A stretch of 63,088 nt of DNA, the filler included, from Parasitella parasitica NRRL 2501 (Eukaryota; Fungi; Mucoromycota), in the NCBI GenBank assembly GCA_025201805.1. It is 5 parts of 5 records of this genome, joined end to end, with 100 filler letters (N's around TTAATTAATTAA, not from the genome) between each part and the next. Parts side by side here need not be neighbours in the genome. Positions count along the whole stretch, not along the records: positions 26,125 to 43,697 come from MU619341.1; positions 43,798 to 61,804 come from MU619466.1; 3 more parts are not named here. One strand, 5' to 3'. Shown here one piece after another: positions 39,136-49,757 of this stretch. The first letter of the stretch is position 1. Each line of letters opens with the position of its first letter. The translations under genes and the position numbers were made by a program. A model generated the notes under the pieces. The model made no database searches. It saw only the letters and a program-made list of their open reading frames with translations, and was not told the DNA's origin.

Positions 39136-40850
39136 CTGAGTACAATCTACGATATGCCGAAAGTATCTGTAAGAATATGTGAAAGGAGGGAAATAAGTTT
39201 TAATTTTTTAAAAAATGGAAATTCCCTACATACCGTACCGTCACTACAAATTGAAACGCGAACGGTTGAATGCCAGTAAATGCTTGCAAGCATGATCCCG
39301 ATGCAAAAAGCACTTGGTGACAGGCACGTATACAATGTTTCGAGCATATTGGTACCGTTCAACTTGTATGATAAGCAACACTTGTCAAGGAATCAGTCAG
39401 GCAGAACCAGTCGCAATTATAGATAGTTAATTTGCTTGGCAGAAATGTGAATTTAAAGCAATTTTGCCATAAAATCGATACAAACAGTGATTATATGGAT
39501 ATCGGTGTATTTTTAATGCTCGGCTGTATTGTTATTATGACTTGAAACCACTTGAAGACGAAACCCAATATTTAGCGTTGTGCAGGAAATAATTTTGGAT
39601 GGTGCAAATAGCATACCCTTTTTTTTTAACACAAGGCCGTGTAAAAGATTGTCTTGTGACAATTCAATACGCATTATGGCTTGATGCTTTTGTCAATGGT
39701 GTTCTTTGGAAAGCGATATATAATATACACGAATGAAAGCGTATCAGCCTTCTGGTCTACGTACTATTGCCTTATGTGAAATTTGCCAATTTGCATCCCT
39801 ATTTCGATCTGTTTGCCACACTTCTAAGTTGGGTTTGATAATAAATGACAGGCATTTTGCTGTCTGCCCTTATTTGAAGCATTTACAGAAACTAATTGTC
39901 AACCAATGCCATGTCGTTCAATTGCCCAAAATACTTAAACCGCTCCATGTTTACATCATAATAGCTTCCAACGATTCACTAGTAGATGAGCAAGTCGAGC
40001 GATATTATTTTAAATTATGACGAGAAGCCTTCAATTTTATTGTGATTTACTATTTGAAAATGCAATCATGTTCACCATTAGTTTCTCACAAAAATAGTGG
40101 TAAGGGTGATATTTTGCATCGTGCACAATCGAGATCTCTTCAATTATATTTGCACCTTTTGCATTCCAGAAATAACGCTTACAGAATCTTCTTAACACTA
40201 CCAAATGTGGGAGACCTGTTGGCTTTGATGCGCGACATGAGGAGAACAAATGTGAACAATGATCTAAGTGGCCTACTCAAAAGAGGTCAATAACGCAATG
40301 AAATAATGAATAAAGAAGGGTACTTCCTAGAAAGAACGAAATATTTCTTGAAGGATAATTTTCTTTGTTTCCTTACAGGCAGTGATCCACCAAACTTTAC
40401 GCTTTATAAAAAAGCAACCGCCAGTTAGTAACATCAACTGAGAGATGCTTAGGTGGAATCACATTACAAACCAGGTTGGCGTCAAAGAACTATAGCTCAA
40501 ACGTCAATGCTATGAGATTAAAGACATGCGGTACTAATGAGCAGTACGATAACCGACCAATGTCAACTGGAATGGCTTTATATCAAGTAAGAGAAAAGAG
40601 AGCATGGAGGTAACCACGAAGCCTTTTGCGTTTGCAACCATTCAGTAAGAACCGCAGGAGCGAGGAAGGAATCATTAGCCATGACATTAGAGTTGTTATA
40701 TTTTGCAGACCACGGAAACAAACTGAAAAGAAAAGTTCGGTTTCTCTGATCTGCTATAAATTCGAAAATTGGTCAGAAGCGAATGATTTTGACAAATATA
40801 GTTTGATCCTTAAAAATCAGTGAATGTACAACCACAAATGTCCTGTGGTA

Positions 40851-40910
40851 TCCAGACATATCTAGATGTATCCAGATATATTTAGGTGTAACCAGATGTA
40901 ACCAGATGTA
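40851..40910. repeat. 10-bp minisatellite, 6 units (consensus TCCAGATGTA)
   Basis: tccagacata tctagatgta tccagatata tttaggtgta accagatgta accagatgta. Confidence 0.85.
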
Positions 40911-40932
40911 TCGCTCATCCATTGCTGGGTTG

Positions 40933-41727
40933 TTCAAGATTGATATGCGCTTTCTGTATGACACTGATTAGCACGAGTATGATATTGGCGCTGGCGAGGC
41001 TGCCAAGGCTTACCAAGAAGCCAAGTTGGTGGATGACCTGAGCAAATTGATTAGAGAATTAAAGGATGTGCTAGATGGATTGATGAATATTGTCTTGGAT
41101 GATCACACGGCCAACAAGCTCGAGTCATGGTTTCTGCAAATTTGTGGTCTTTCGGCGGAAATTGGATCAACACACCTGGCATTTGATGGTCTTTATGTGG
41201 TAGTGCCACAAGCAAAGCTGCGCTTCCCCTCTAGCATTGCAACCATGGGTTCATTTGTGGATTTCTTGGACGTGCTGCTGCTGCTTACAGTAAGTCTTTG
41301 ATTTGGCTGCTTCGGTCTTGATAAGAAACGCGTATCTAAATCTTTATTTTAGGCAAAGCTTGAAAAGTGTGCCATGAATATCACGTCTGCTGTGGAAGAG
41401 CTGGAGAACAGACAAAGTTCAATGGGTATTGCTTTTAGTCGCAATCGCTCCCTTTTGTAGGGTAAGAGACGTGATGCTTGGATGCGCCCAACGTATTATT
41501 CCCCTCCTCGTTATGTGGCTGCTGATGCCAAATTGCCTGTCAACTTGTTTGGTCTCGACAAAGATGATAGTGATGCGCATTCCAAGGAAGATGTGGAGGA
41601 TGACCAAGTCTTAGATGCAAGTGATACGAACGCTGATCAGTTTGGAAGGGTCTATCAAGATGGCGCGTGGAGAAACGTCTTCGTCAAGGAATCAGGTGTG
41701 GACACCCATCGCCCAGATGAAGAGTGA
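40933..41727 (+). pseudogene. 3' fragment of a second probable restriction-endonuclease-fold gene, with an intron
   Basis: FKIDMRF...EYDIGAGEAAK...KLVDDLSKLIRELKD, QICGL, DGLYV. Intron 41290-41352. In-frame stops at 40969 and 41458. Confidence 0.6.
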
Positions 41728-42264
41728 CAACATCATACCGCTCTTCACTGCCTTTTTCTTTTTTCTTTCTTTCCCTCTCTTTATCACTGTCAACAACACT
41801 ATGGAGAGGTTCGGTGATTCGCTTGTAACAACATATCTTGAAACAATTGCAACACAATTGGTGCATGGAAACATACGCCAAAGTCAAAAACAACAACAGA
41901 CAGATTATATATCCCCACCCTTTATTTCTTTATTTTCTTTATATTACTTATTTCCCACCGAGCTTAAATCGATTGATAGTATAAGTTAAAAAATCTATTG
42001 CCTTTATATATCTTTGAATTCGCTCAGAAATAAAACTTCAAGAAGATTCTAGCATAATAACATTTCCTATTTTTGTTCTTCAGGTCTAATTATCAATTTG
42101 TCGCATGTGTCGCATTCAATTTTTGTGCCAAATTTTAATCCATTTATGCGCCAATTTTTTTCCAGTTAGCACGCCAATTTTTTTTCCAAATGTGTGCCAT
42201 TGTATTTTTCAAATGTGCGCCAATCATTTTTCCAAATTTGCGCCAATAATTTGTGAAAATAGTG

Positions 42265-43621
42265 TACTTGTTACATTCAATAATACAATTAGCTAATATC
42301 CTTTCAATATCTTTTTTTTGAAGATTTGTCCAATGAAAACCATTTTTATGAATGGCAAGCTCTACATGTTTTTTCCCAAAGTGACCAACCAAGTGTTGAG
42401 AAATAATCATGTTATCTCTTTCATTAGCAGGTGGAGTCATATAGTCAGCAAACTTAAGTGTACGCATTATAAGTTCCTTTTGCTTTTGCGAGGCAGCTGA
42501 GGTGATACCATCTTTCATTGAAGTGGCTTTGACAGCCTTAGCATTTTCTGCATTGCGGAAAGAACCAGAACGTGACACCTTCGTAATTTTGACGGGTAAG
42601 CGTTTCATCTTAATAGTAGGGGTTTTCCCTTTTAAAGAGATTATCTTCTTTCGCTTTAACTTTTCAGCACCATCAGCATAGTACCTGCCCCCCAGAAGAT
42701 GGCGCGCTGAAGCATCAGCATCAGAATCTTCGTAGAGTCGAGACAAAGCATCAGGAATAACATTGAGGACGCCTGGAAGATGTACTATATCAAACGTGTA
42801 CGAAAAAATAGTTTCCCACCATCCAAGCATTAAAGCATTGGGTACCTCCTGTGTATTGAGATAAATCAGACTTTTATGATCAGTATGTAAGGTAAATTCG
42901 CGCATATACAACAGTCGATGAAATTTAACTAATGCATAGCAAATTGCCAAAAGCTCTCTTTTCGTAGTGCTGTAATTGCGTTCAGACACAGACAACTTAC
43001 GGGAAATGAGGCCCACATACCGAATTTCGTCATCGACAATCTGATACAAAACAGCCCCAATGGCCGTTAGACTAGCATCAGTAGCCAAGTGAAATCGAAC
43101 CGAAAAATCAGGAGGTGACAGCACGAGTGCCATGGTAAGTGCATCCTTCAGGTTGGTCACAGCTTTTTCATGAGACTCATTCCATACAGATGCTAAATCA
43201 GCGTAATGCTTCAAAGAATCGAGATCCTGAGTCAAACGAGAATAGCATGGAATGGCAGCACGGAAGTACGACATTAAACCCAAGAAAGATGCCAACTGAC
43301 GACCAGTTTTGATAGCCGGCCATTGTGCAATGTTAGTCAGCTTACGACCATCCGGCAATAATTTGCCTTGAATGACGCTCCAGCCTAACAAGTAAATACT
43401 ACGTTGTGCAAACACTACTTTTGCAGGATTAAGCATCAAATTAGCGTTTGTGAGACGACGTATCACCTCAGACACCAATTCAAAATGGTCTTGTAACGAA
43501 CCATTGCTGCTCAAAATTATTTCGTCCACATAGCATATAGCAGAATATTGGCAATCCGTAGGAAACGATGATGGAGCTGAAGATGTTGTTGTATTCAAAT
43601 CCGAGAGCAATGTTTGTAATG
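42265..43621 (-). mobile_element. Ty3/gypsy pol, middle part (RT C-terminus, RNase H, integrase zinc finger)
   Basis: YVDE (degenerate YVDD), FLGLMSYFR, LATDAS, ERNYSTTKRELLAI, LHTDHKSL, NVIPDALSR, HLVGHFG. Same element as 33960-35147. Confidence 0.93.
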
Positions 43622-43697
43622 TGTTGTATCCATAGAATACCATGGTTACCACTATTTCAACTCAGTTGTCATGGCAACCGTTCCTAATCGGATCTAA
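43622..43697. mobile_element. start of an LTR inserted into the gypsy RT; runs into a gap
   Basis: TGTTGTATCCATAG start. Matches window bases 1-68 with one mismatch. Confidence 0.7.
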
Positions 43698-45179
43698 NNN
43701 NNNNNNNNNNNNNNNNNNNNNNNNNNNNNNNNNNNNNNNNNTTAATTAATTAANNNNNNNNNNNNNNNNNNNNNNNNNNNNNNNNNNNNNNNNNNNNACT
43801 TGATTTCTACTGGGCCATGTCTCTATCAAAAGTTATCTGCAAAACCAGTTTTATTTTTCAATTTTTATCATAAATATCACATATTTGCTCATCACTTGTG
43901 CTAAAATCACCCTAGAACCGAGATCTAACTTGGAAAACTTAGCTTTGACTTGGCGCTATCTGGCAACAACATTGGCTTTCATGTTTTCATTGATATCTAC
44001 AAAATTATCAGATGACATTACAAATTTACATATAAGAATTGCATATAATCCATCATACCCTTCCATAAACAACAAAATAAACTCTGTCTTATCCCCCCAT
44101 AACAACACCCATCATCATCGCTATCTGAGCATAACTTGATTTCTACTGGGCCATGTCTCTATCAAACGTTTTTTTGTTTTCTTCATCGGAGTTTGAAACA
44201 GTATCACGTGATCCTGTTTTTCTTGTGTGCTGCCATTTTTGGAGTAACTTCAACAATTGATTTGCTTTAGTATTTGCAATCCTCTAAAGTTGGTATAACT
44301 TGATTTCAAATCGATACGAACAGATCTGATGAGTAAAATATGGAATCATTAGATACTTATATATCAGCACGGTAGGATGTTATATGTGAAATACATTCAC
44401 TATAAAGATCTGCATTTCACTTCTAGATTCATACTGTCTGGCCAGTAGATGAACCACCCAGCTTTATACACCCATTGATTTGAAATTAAAATCTATACCT
44501 TTGTCAATTTAACATCTATTGTATTTTATTTTAAATTTTTTTGCAGTGAATCTATACAACATTCTACACCGATTCCACATAAACATCGTATCCTTTCGAG
44601 TAGATTGTTATAGGGAATTAATACTGTCAATTAGTAATCTAAATGCGTCACCAAAAAAATTTATAGCTACAGAGAGTATAAATAGCAGATGCAATTTGGA
44701 TCTTAAATAATGTATAATAAAGTTTTAGTATCTCGTAAACTTTTTTTTTTCTGATTCCAACAAGTTTGGCACTATCTAGCGACAATCAACATTAAATTTC
44801 CTCCAAATGGCTCTGCTTCATTGATGAATTGAAATTTAGTAAAAGCAAATTAGATACCAGAAGATGCGTTATCCCGTTTTCCTTGTAACTGATTTTATGT
44901 TGGTGTGAATTCCAGATAATTTAATCTGATGTAATTAGGAATTCAAAGGAGCGTCTTGTATACAAACTGCTCTAGTGTTAACAGGCTATAAAGTATCCAG
45001 CATGTAACAATATTAAATTTCTCAAGAAAAAAAAAAGAGAAGGATGTGTTTATTGTTATTTTATACATTTGTATAAATGAAATCCACAAAACTGTTGCAA
45101 TAAAAAGAAATGAATATGGAGTGGAATGAAAAAAAAAAATCTTCTAAAGTAGATTTGGAATATAAATCCTAATGCTAAT

Positions 45180-46651
45180 CTAATTACCCTTATGCAAAGA
45201 GTCTTTGTATGTCCAAGCACCCTCATCGACTAAAGGATTGCCAACCATATTGGCCAACAATGAGACTGTGCGCTTTGAATATTTGTCAGAAGCTTCTGAA
45301 TCCTTGATGAATGTAAACAAAGCAGGTTTGAACTGTTCTGCCAAATTATTTTCGCGGTCTTTTCTGATTTGACGCTGCCAATCCTCAATCTTTGTTTTCT
45401 CTGCATTTGCCACTGCGTAATTCTTTGTCTTGAGAGCCTCTGTAACAGGGCCCCATAGACGATGAGATTCTATTTCCTGCTGTTGGTCAAGAGGAGCGGT
45501 TTTACGCTCGGCCATCGCTTCTGCCTCTGCATCGAACAGTAACTCCTGTTTATTACCCTGTTTGGTATAAAAAGATTGGTTGCTCCATCGGCCAGATAAG
45601 GTGCAGTATTCTTGACCATTGTATGTAATATTTCCCTTGATACGATGATAGTCGCCGCCAAACCATGGTTTAGGGATGAATTCGATGACTGCTGTAGCTC
45701 CACTGTTGCTAGTGATCGTACAAATCCCACTCAACTCGAGATAACATGATCCAGTCAAAACTCCTCGAATCAGTAAATCGGGATAGTCAATCACGTATTG
45801 TTCATCAAACTTGCTTAAATTTAGCACCGCACGGCCGACCTGCTCTACTTTGATGGTTGTGCCCTTGAATTTGGATTTTTGGCCGCAATGGCCGTTCAAT
45901 GACACGCCTTCCGCGGCGCTTTCAAGATAAAATGCAGAAATAGGGGGGTGGTGGCAAACTATAAGAAATGAAAAAGATTAGATCTTGCATAAATGCACTC
46001 ATAAAGCGCCAGCCATTTGACAATCTTCCTTACCTTGTTCACAGACACACTTTACATTGCCCATGTGACAATTGAATTGCTCACCCAAAATCGGGTTGTA
46101 GGGCTTTTTCTCAGTCAATCCGTTAGTGCAACGTGATGCATAACTACCCCATAACGTGGACATGAACCATCTAGTGACAGCCAGCATACGTTCTGGATAA
46201 GTCAATTAATGCTTGCGCATTCACTGTATATTTTGTCCTCAAAGCTTACCTTTGGGGTCGTTTGGCTGAGTCACTGCTGTAAAGCTATGATAATTTTGAA
46301 AAAAGTTAATATATATTCACCATTCATCAGAAATAGTCTCGGAAGTTTAACTTTTACCATGTAGGATGATCGCCCCAATAAGTGCTACAATAGAAAGTTA
46401 AAAATTCTGTAACCAACCGAACACAACAAATATCACACCTACCCGTATTCTAACAAAGACAAGCCATTTAGAAAGAAAGCAGGGCAGGTCAATGAAGACA
46501 GATCTCCGGTGAAATTAATTACTGTCTTGAGGAAATCTTTGAATTGTCCAGCGAATCCAGGCTCTGCGCCTTTGATTGACATGTTGTCCACATCGCCTGC
46601 AGTTGGTTCAGCTTCTTCCTGCTTCTTGGATTTGGTACGGAAAATTGCCAT
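45180..46651 (-). CDS. short oxysterol-binding protein (Osh/Kes1-like ORD-only), multi-exon
   Basis: [28 protein letters not shown]|[10 protein letters not shown] signature. Includes mini-exons 46358-46384 and 46250-46284. Confidence 0.92.
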
Positions 46652-47655
46652 TGTGTGTATAATAAAGAAAATATATAAGGAGTAAAGAAGAAAAGGGAAT
46701 TGGAGCTGTCGGCAAACTTTTTTTTTTTATATCTAGTATCCACGACCTACATCATGGATTGAAAGAGCGAAATGCTCCTGCAGCTGCCCGCTGATGATGC
46801 TATTGTTGCTGCTGCTTACTGCTTGCTACCGCTTGCTACTGTTCGCACTCTTTTGCAGTTGAGCGGTAAGCAAAACCCGACCTATTGTCACCTTGCGCAA
46901 AATTCTTTTGTGGTCCTCGTAGGTGAGCCATTTCTTTGTTTGATTCCAAGATCCATTGAGTAGTTTTGCATTGATAACAGACAGGCAGATAGCAGTAGGC
47001 CAAGAGGGAGTCGTATGGTTGGATTTTCATATGGGTTTTCTTTGAAAAAGAGCAGTACACATGACACTGCCCTCTGATCTAATGATCTTTGTAAACAAAT
47101 GTAATGCTTTATATATGCTCACTTGACCAAATGTCAGCTACTACGATCTAGTAGCCACAATGTTAATTGTAGAAAAAAAAGAAATAAAGTTTATTTTTGG
47201 ATAAGAAATACATAAAACAAGATCAATGATAATTACTGAAGGTTTAAAAACTACTACAAAGAAAAGGCACCACAATATGATAATATGGAGAGAGAGAAAA
47301 ATGTACATGGTAAATAATCATTGATGTGCTTGCATAGTGTGGCAGGTTCTAAAAGAAGTGTATGTTTTTTTTTTGGTAAGATGCTTGTGGGTGAGTNNNN
47401 NNNNNNNNNNNNNNNNNNNNNNNNNNNNNNNNNNNNNNNNNNNNNNNNNNNNNNNNNNNNNNNNNNNNNNNNNNNNNNNNNNNNNNNNNNNNNNNNNNNN
47501 NNNNNNNNNNNNNNNNNNNNNNNNNNNNNNNNNNNNNNNNNNNNNNNNNNNNNNNNNNNNNNNNNNNNNNNNNNNNNNNNNNNNNNNNNNNNNNNNNNNN
47601 NNNNNNNNNNNNNNNNNNNNNNNNNNNNNNNNNNNNNNNNNNNNTTTGTATTAGT

Positions 47656-49501
47656 CTATTTTTTAGAGATGGCCTCCAGCAACAGTTTGGAGCCAGAGTT
47701 GGTTTTAGCCGCTTCTTCAATGTCTTTTTTGTGAGATTTAAGCTCTTTCTTGACCTCCTTCTTTGTAGCAGGCTCTTCAGCAAGAGCAAGGACGACATAG
47801 CTACCATGGTTGGTAGCAAAATGACCAAGATGAGGCTTGATCACTTCGAGAAGCTTTGGTGCAAACTCGAGGGGTTCGACAGCCTTATCATTTTCACTTT
47901 CTGCGGTATCTGCCTTGATCATGGCCTTGATAATACGGTTGGCAAAACGATCTTCGATAATGTGATTTTCCTTTTCGATACTTTCAGCAGCCAAAGCTAG
48001 AATGGCATCAATGGCTGCAGATTTGTCACCAACAGCATGGAGCATAATTTCTTGCACAACCTGAGAGGAGAGCTTTTCTCTCATCAACGTGGCTGTGTTC
48101 TCTGTAACCAGCTTGATCAATTGAGGGGAAGTAGCGTTCAAGATTTCTTGGGCTCTGATCTCGGGTTCTTTCTTACTGACACGGATTTGGTCACCTTCCT
48201 TCAAGAGTTGGACAGTTTCAGGGGACAGATATCTCGTATTTCTGCCAGCCAAAATGTACATGAAGAACCGACGGCCAAACTTATCAGCAAACAGTTCTGT
48301 AGCATGCTTGCTCAGTTCACCGAGAACAGCTTTGGAGACCAGCACAGTATCGTCAGTAACATCCAACAAACGGAGCAACACAAGATAGCCGTACTCATCG
48401 GAAGCGATCTTTACCAAGAAGGGCTTGAATGCCTTGATAATGTTCTTACGGTCTTTGGGAGTAGCGATCGAAAAACAAATCATAGCAACCCAAGCGCCCT
48501 CACGTGTGTGCACAATCTCTTGAAGGGAATCTTTGAGGTGACCCATCATCTCCTCACGACCCTTATCATCAGCTAATGTCATGTACTGATACAAAGCCTT
48601 GTGAACAATGCTGTTGGTAATTGTGCCCTTAACCAGACAACCTTGAAGCATCTCAGACATGTATCTCAGAATAGGCTCCTTCTTTTCAGGGAAACTAGTT
48701 AGTAAATCATCAAGTGTCTTGGCGCCACCACCGTTGCTAAACAGTGTCATTTCGGGGCCGTAGAATTCAGCAAGTAACTCATGTCTTTGAGCAGCATTAG
48801 CATATTGAGCATAGAAGGTTTCAATGACAGTGGACGCTTCCTTGTGGCGGATCAACTTGCGAACATGGGATCGGAATTCAACCAGAATATGGTCTCTTTG
48901 TTTATGGCTGCAAGGACGGATAAATATTGTGATACTTTTAGCATTTACTGTATTGACAAACTTACCAGTATTCAATAGCCTTCATGACAATGAATTTGCC
49001 ATACATGGATTTTGAGAGTTCGACGAATTTTCCCCTGAGCTCTTCAGCAATTTGGTTTCTTTGCTCGGCGTTACCCTTCTTGAGACAGGTTTGGATCATA
49101 CGAGAAGCATCATGTTTGAAGATGACCTATGAAAAAAAAAAGAAAAAGGTTATTCGATTTACAAATTTCCACTCAAAAAGCCGTTCGTCTCTTACATCTT
49201 GGACTTTACCACCGATAATACTCATCATCTTGGCCATCAAATTCTTTTGCTCATCACGGGAAATGTCACCGCGGCGAAGCTGTTCCCAGACCTTTTTTGC
49301 TTGAACAATCATCTCAAAGTTCTTGTCATGAGACTTGCGTTCCCAGCGAGTGGATTTCTGCTCATTGCGAGATTCTGGACAATTGATGGATGTCAGATAA
49401 GGCCGATTTTTGTGATCATGTTTTCCATGCTTACCAGTCTTTGATTTCTTGTTGGATGTGAGCTCATGCTCAGCAGTTCTCTTTTCTCCAATAGCAGACA
49501 T
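47656..49501 (-). CDS. PUF6: Pumilio-repeat protein Puf6/PUM3
   Basis: KKVWEQLRR, VIFKHDASRMIQTCLKKG, VRKLIRHKEAS, EIVHTREGA, DVTDDTVLV, DKFGRR. ATG at 49501. Confidence 0.92.
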
Positions 49502-49757
49502 GAGTATCGAGTTGTTAGGTATGAACGTTAAGAGCAAATAAAGTTTTTTTTTTTCCATGAATTTAAGCAAAAGAGAAGCAAGGGTAAACTGTCACCAATC
49601 AAGCCACTATGTGCAAATGCCTCTTTGGTTTGTTGGCTGAACGAGACGAGACAATCCACGAAACATCGCGAACGTCTTTGACCGGAGTTGGTGAATTCTG
49701 ATAAGGAAGAGTTTTGGATTGTACCGCGTTTATCTCTCTCCTGTATCATACAATATC

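Larger units (their letters stand above)
35148..42264 (+). mobile_element. composite cargo-carrying Tc1/IS630-type DNA transposon, 7,117 bp
   Basis: TA at 35146-47 and 42265-66. 26-bp perfect TIR CACTATTTTCACAAATTATTGGCGCA, extending to ~37 bp with one mismatch. Removing the element and one TA rejoins the gypsy integrase in frame. Confidence 0.92.

Noticed and set aside
39660-40620. Short ORFs in the middle of the cargo
   Set aside because: No recognisable protein motifs. It may be further captured DNA, but this cannot be supported by eye.
42144-42264. C-terminal extension of the 502-aa gypsy ORF (TIFTNYWRKFGK...)
   Set aside because: Read-through into the Tc1 TIR. The same applies to the N-terminus of ORF 35082-35957.
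14400-45100. Mucor-type mosaic centromere
   Set aside because: No LINE1-like (Grem-LINE1) ORFs or identifiable core motif are seen, and gaps prevent a call.
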